IMG/VR virus record: IMGVR_UViG_3300014613_000052
Coordinates: 1 to 38,208 of that record
Length of the DNA: 38,208 nucleotides
Source: a virus
Lineage: Duplodnaviria; Caudoviricetes
Reading direction: 5' to 3' (one strand)
Part shown: piece by piece, positions 35,327-38,208 of the stretch
Position numbering within the stretch: the stretch's first letter is position 1
Layout: every line of letters begins with the position of its first letter
Position numbers and translations under genes: made by a program
The notes under the pieces: generated by a model
What the model saw: only the letters and a program-made list of their open reading frames with translations
Told to the model about the DNA's origin: nothing
The model's database searches: none

Positions 35327-35710
35327 ATGACCAGGACGAACACCTATCGCTGCGGCCTGCTGTTTCGCCTCGCCAGCTTCTGGATCGGCGTGCACTACAG
35401 CAGCTTCGACCGCCGCTTTTGCATCAACTTTCTGCCCTTCGTGACCTTCTGGGTGGCGCTGCCGGGCGGCCACGTTCCGAAGAGCGTCAACGCCCCGCCT
35501 GTGCAGGTGCGGGAGCCACACCCTTACTGGCTCGAATCATGGAACGCCGCCGAGCGCGACAGATTGGTGGCGATTTGGACGGAGGGAATTGACCTGACGG
35601 AACCTGATGACAAGCCGGTTTACATCCCTCAGTGGAAGGTCGTCATGGCTCTGATGCAAAACGAACTCGATCGCCTGCGCGACCGCACAGCCGAAGGGGA
35701 TAGGCCATGA
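35327..35710 (+). CDS. Hypothetical protein
   Basis: In operon; aromatic-rich N-terminal 'FWIGVHYS...CINFLPFVTFW'. Confidence 0.65.
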   Translation: MTRTNTYRCGLLFRLASFWIGVHYSSFDRRFCINFLPFVTFWVALPGGHVPKSVNAPPVQVREPHPYWLESWNAAERDRLVAIWTEGIDLTEPDDKPVYIPQWKVVMALMQNELDRLRDRTAEGDRP

Positions 35711-36117
35711 ATGACCATCACCGCGTGACCCCCACAGGCCGCGCCCTCGGTAAAGCTCTGGCACGCATCGCAGAACTTGGCCGTGCCCGTTTGCGAGCGT
35801 TGGGCCTTGCCGATGTTGGGCTGCCCGCCATTCGTGACGCCATGTGCGCGTCCTGCGCCTGCCGCCCCGGCACAGTGCCAAACGGCTGCCTTCAAACGCA
35901 GCTTGATCTGCTCAAGGCCGTGACCCAGGGCGACATGTTCCTCTGTCACGCACCCAAGGACGGCCGCGCATGCGCTGGGTGGGTTGCGGCGAGGGCCGAA
36001 CACGCCGCGCGCCCCTTGCCAGCACAGATCATCGAGCTGGCTGCCGGATGGGAGTACTCACCACCTGATGAAGACACTGACGTGCTCGAAGCCGACCAGG
36101 CGAAAGGGGACGCGTGA
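35707..36117 (+). CDS. Cys/His-rich putative metal-binding protein
   Basis: CxxCxC, FLCH, CAGW motifs; coupled overlaps. Confidence 0.7.
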   Translation: MNDHHRVTPTGRALGKALARIAELGRARLRALGLADVGLPAIRDAMCASCACRPGTVPNGCLQTQLDLLKAVTQGDMFLCHAPKDGRACAGWVAARAEHAARPLPAQIIELAAGWEYSPPDEDTDVLEADQAKGDA

Positions 36118-36317
36118 TGGCCTGCAACCACGAGACCCACATCGAGCGCGAAGGTGGCCAGGTCACCTATCGCTGCGGCAAGTGCGGCGAGGCCGTGTGG
36201 ACGTGCCCTGAACGCCACCGCGTCGATTGGCGCTCACTGCTCATCGCCCTGGCGCTGCTGCTCGTCGTGGCAGCACTGGTGAGCTGGCCCATCTGGATCT
36301 GGCTGCACACCGCTTGA
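36114..36317 (+). CDS. Small Zn-finger plus TM protein
   Basis: CxH...CxxC followed by a C-terminal TM helix. Confidence 0.6.
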   Translation: MMACNHETHIEREGGQVTYRCGKCGEAVWTCPERHRVDWRSLLIALALLLVVAALVSWPIWIWLHTA

Positions 36318-36331
36318 AAGGACGCAACAAC

Positions 36332-36787
36332 ATGGACACCACTGTGGCCGCGCGCCCGCTCAAAACCAAAGAAGACTGGCTCCAGCTTGAGCGCAGCCTG
36401 TCTTTTCCCTTGGCTGGCCAAGAGTTGCGCGCCGATGGCGTGCGGCTTCTCATCCAGGTTGAACGAATCAGCCCCAAGGCGCTGACCTATGGATTTGCCG
36501 TCTATATCAACGGCCAAATTGAGTGGAAGTACTGCAACGAGCCCAACGAGCACGCCAAAAAGTTCTGGGCAAAGAAGAACCTTCGTCTTTACTCGGCTGC
36601 TCGCAAAACCAAGATCCTGGACGGTTTGACAAAGGCTCAAAAAGCAAGCCTTACGAAGTCGCTCAAGCTGGATGCCACTCGCGATTTCTACGAGCCCATC
36701 TACAAGACGTTTTCCAGCCTACGCACCAATTTGAGCAAGCACTGCGAGCAAATTGAATGGGTGAACGCGCCGGGGGCACGGCCATGA
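36332..36787 (+). CDS. Hypothetical basic protein
   Basis: AAGGA SD before ATG 36332; stop overlaps gemA start. Confidence 0.7.
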   Translation: MDTTVAARPLKTKEDWLQLERSLSFPLAGQELRADGVRLLIQVERISPKALTYGFAVYINGQIEWKYCNEPNEHAKKFWAKKNLRLYSAARKTKILDGLTKAQKASLTKSLKLDATRDFYEPIYKTFSSLRTNLSKHCEQIEWVNAPGARP

Positions 36788-37227
36788 TGGACGCTCGCCG
36801 CCGCGACCTGGCCACCATTCACATCGCCAAAAAGGCGCTGGACCTGGCCGAGGACACCTACCTGGCCAAGCTGCAGGAAATCGGCGGCGTGCAGTCGGCT
36901 GGTGACCTGAATGAGATGGGCCGCGCCAAGCTGATCGCCTATTTCAAGACGTGCGGCTGGAAACCCACCGGCACAAAGGGTGGCGCGAGCCGTCCCAAAA
37001 GGCCGACGCCAGCCGCTGAAAACCTGCCGCTGTGCCGCAAGGTCCGGGCTCAACTCATCAGTTTGGGTCGCCTGCCAGATACCTATGCCGATGGAATCGC
37101 CAAACAGGCGTTCGGCGTGACTTTCTATGAATGGTGCACGCCAGAGCAATTGCGCAGCATCTGCACCATGCTGGCCGCCGAGCAGCGCCGCAAGGGCGCT
37201 GACACCGAGAAAACTGGGCGTCGCTGA
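36784..37227 (+). CDS. gemA: GemA/Mu gp16 family protein (DUF1018)
   Basis: 'LA.IHIAKK.L.L.EDTY...L....G..SA.DL'; precedes mor. Confidence 0.9.
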   Translation: MMDARRRDLATIHIAKKALDLAEDTYLAKLQEIGGVQSAGDLNEMGRAKLIAYFKTCGWKPTGTKGGASRPKRPTPAAENLPLCRKVRAQLISLGRLPDTYADGIAKQAFGVTFYEWCTPEQLRSICTMLAAEQRRKGADTEKTGRR

Positions 37228-37228
37228 G

Positions 37229-37654
37229 ATGGACCAGCAGCTCGACCTGTTCAATCCCATCACCACCGCTGTCGGTGGTGGTGTGACTCAGGCCGAGGAT
37301 TTCCTGCCGCCGCAGGCTCGCGAGATTCTTGGCCTGATTGGCTGCGAAGCGCTGGTGCGCCTGGTCAACACCCGGGGCGGCGTGCACATCGATTTTCCCC
37401 GCCACGTGAGGAACTTCGACAAATCGAAAATCGTCGCCGAGCTGGCCGACGACATTGGCGAGGGCGCCGCCAGGCGCCTTGCCGAGCACTTTGCAGGCGT
37501 GCGGCTGCACGTTCCAAAGTGCGACCGCGCCGTGCAACGCGTGCGCGACGAGAAAATCAGGCAGTCCCTCGACGCGGGGGAATCGGCCGCCGAGCTGGCG
37601 CGCCGTCATCGCCTGACAGAGCGGCGTATCTGGGATATTGCTAAACAGGTCTGA
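37229..37654 (+). CDS. mor: Mor/C-family transcription activator
   Basis: 'GG..I.FP', 'F.G..L.VPKC......RD..I', C-terminal HTH 'AAELARRHRLTERRIWDI'. Confidence 0.9.
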   Translation: MDQQLDLFNPITTAVGGGVTQAEDFLPPQAREILGLIGCEALVRLVNTRGGVHIDFPRHVRNFDKSKIVAELADDIGEGAARRLAEHFAGVRLHVPKCDRAVQRVRDEKIRQSLDAGESAAELARRHRLTERRIWDIAKQV

Positions 37655-37765
37655 CGGCCGCCGCTACGATCGGGGCTCTTCCCGCCTGGGATTGCTCTTT
37701 CAAAACCCAGTTCAACGTCGCTGCAAGCGAGGTTCATCATGTGAGCGCACCGCCGAAGCCGGGGC

Positions 37766-37908
37766 GTCGGACATGCGTCCGACGTTCCGGCTTTCACTTT
37801 CAGGCGTGCCATCCGCGTCTGTGGATAAGTCGGTCGGCGCCAGTGTTGATCGGCTGCCTGAGGGAAGTCGGAACGGGTGGCCAAGTCGGAACAGCAGTTC
37901 CGGCTTTC
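37766..37908. repeat. Cluster of AAGYCGGAAC repeats (putative internal transposase-binding sites)
   Basis: + copies at 37865 and 37883; - copies at 37784 and 37897; palindrome GTCGGAC-ATGC-GTCCGAC at 37766-37783. Confidence 0.6.
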
Positions 37909-38120
37909 GTTGCCTGGTGACCTTCTCAACGGTCTCCGGCTGGTGCCCGCTCCGCTTGGTCACCTGGTGGCCTCTCCCAGGGAGAATGGGGCTTGCAACG
38001 CGTTTTTCTGGCCAGGTTGGTGCCGTGGCATGGGTCGGGCCTGTTTGGCGCTTCTGGGGCCGTTTTGGCGGCTTGCATGCGTCCGACAACCTTGTGCCGA
38101 AATTTGTGGCGCCCGCCCGC

Positions 38121-38133
38121 TAAGTCATTGATC
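38121..38133 (-). promoter_or_regulatory. IHF-binding site candidate (right end)
   Basis: Minus strand GATCAATGACTTA, one mismatch to WATCAANNNNTTR; followed by GCGG as in the left copy. Confidence 0.55.
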
Positions 38134-38139
38134 CGCCTG

Positions 38140-38208
38140 GGCTTTCGTCCCACCTGAGCCCGATTTGTCCCGGCCAATCCCGGGTTTCACTTCACTCGTC
38201 CCTTCACA
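38140..38208 (-). repeat. Right phage end
   Basis: ACA terminus; TTTCACTT at 38185-38192; three GGGACRAR-like motifs on -. Confidence 0.75.

Larger units (their letters stand above)
1..38208. mobile_element. Complete Mu-like transposable phage/prophage (myovirus type, BcepMu/B3-like inverted early region)
   Basis: Ends TG...CA; DDE transposase plus MuB ATPase, GemA, Mor; Mu-type terminase, portal, gpF, gpG and contractile tail/baseplate genes. Confidence 0.97.

Noticed and set aside
37638-38177. ORFs in the right terminal region
   Set aside because: No SD or motifs, and they overlap end-binding repeats; the region is treated as non-coding.

Overview
The window is one apparently complete, 38.2 kb, GC-rich Mu-like transposable (pro)phage. 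It runs exactly from 5'-TGT to ACA-3' with no host flank visible. A betaproteobacterial host is my inference only. The layout is BcepMu/B3-like rather than Mu-like, with the immunity switch inside the genome (~26.4-27.3 kb). The early arm runs rightward on + (Ner-like regulator, DDE transposase A, ATPase B, accessory genes, GemA, Mor). The lysis, packaging, head and contractile-tail genes run leftward on -. No gin, invertible segment or mom is recognisable. The top finding is a 20-aa motif (QxFxGxVGQVVxG...AP) shared by the repressor C-terminus and the N-terminus of the next gene's product, a Zn-ribbon membrane protein, followed by a lipoprotein gene. This is a candidate envelope-to-repressor signalling system using a RHIM/amyloid-like homotypic motif. 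Other notable items: twin palindromic late promoters implying leaderless mRNAs, a gyrase-site-like element at the genome midpoint, an SGNH esterase inserted after the spanins, a Gp49/66 (candidate anti-CBASS sponge) fusion, a structured RNA ahead of a DNA adenine methylase, and a -1 frameshift in the tail chaperone. All family assignments are from motif recognition and synteny; no database search was run.
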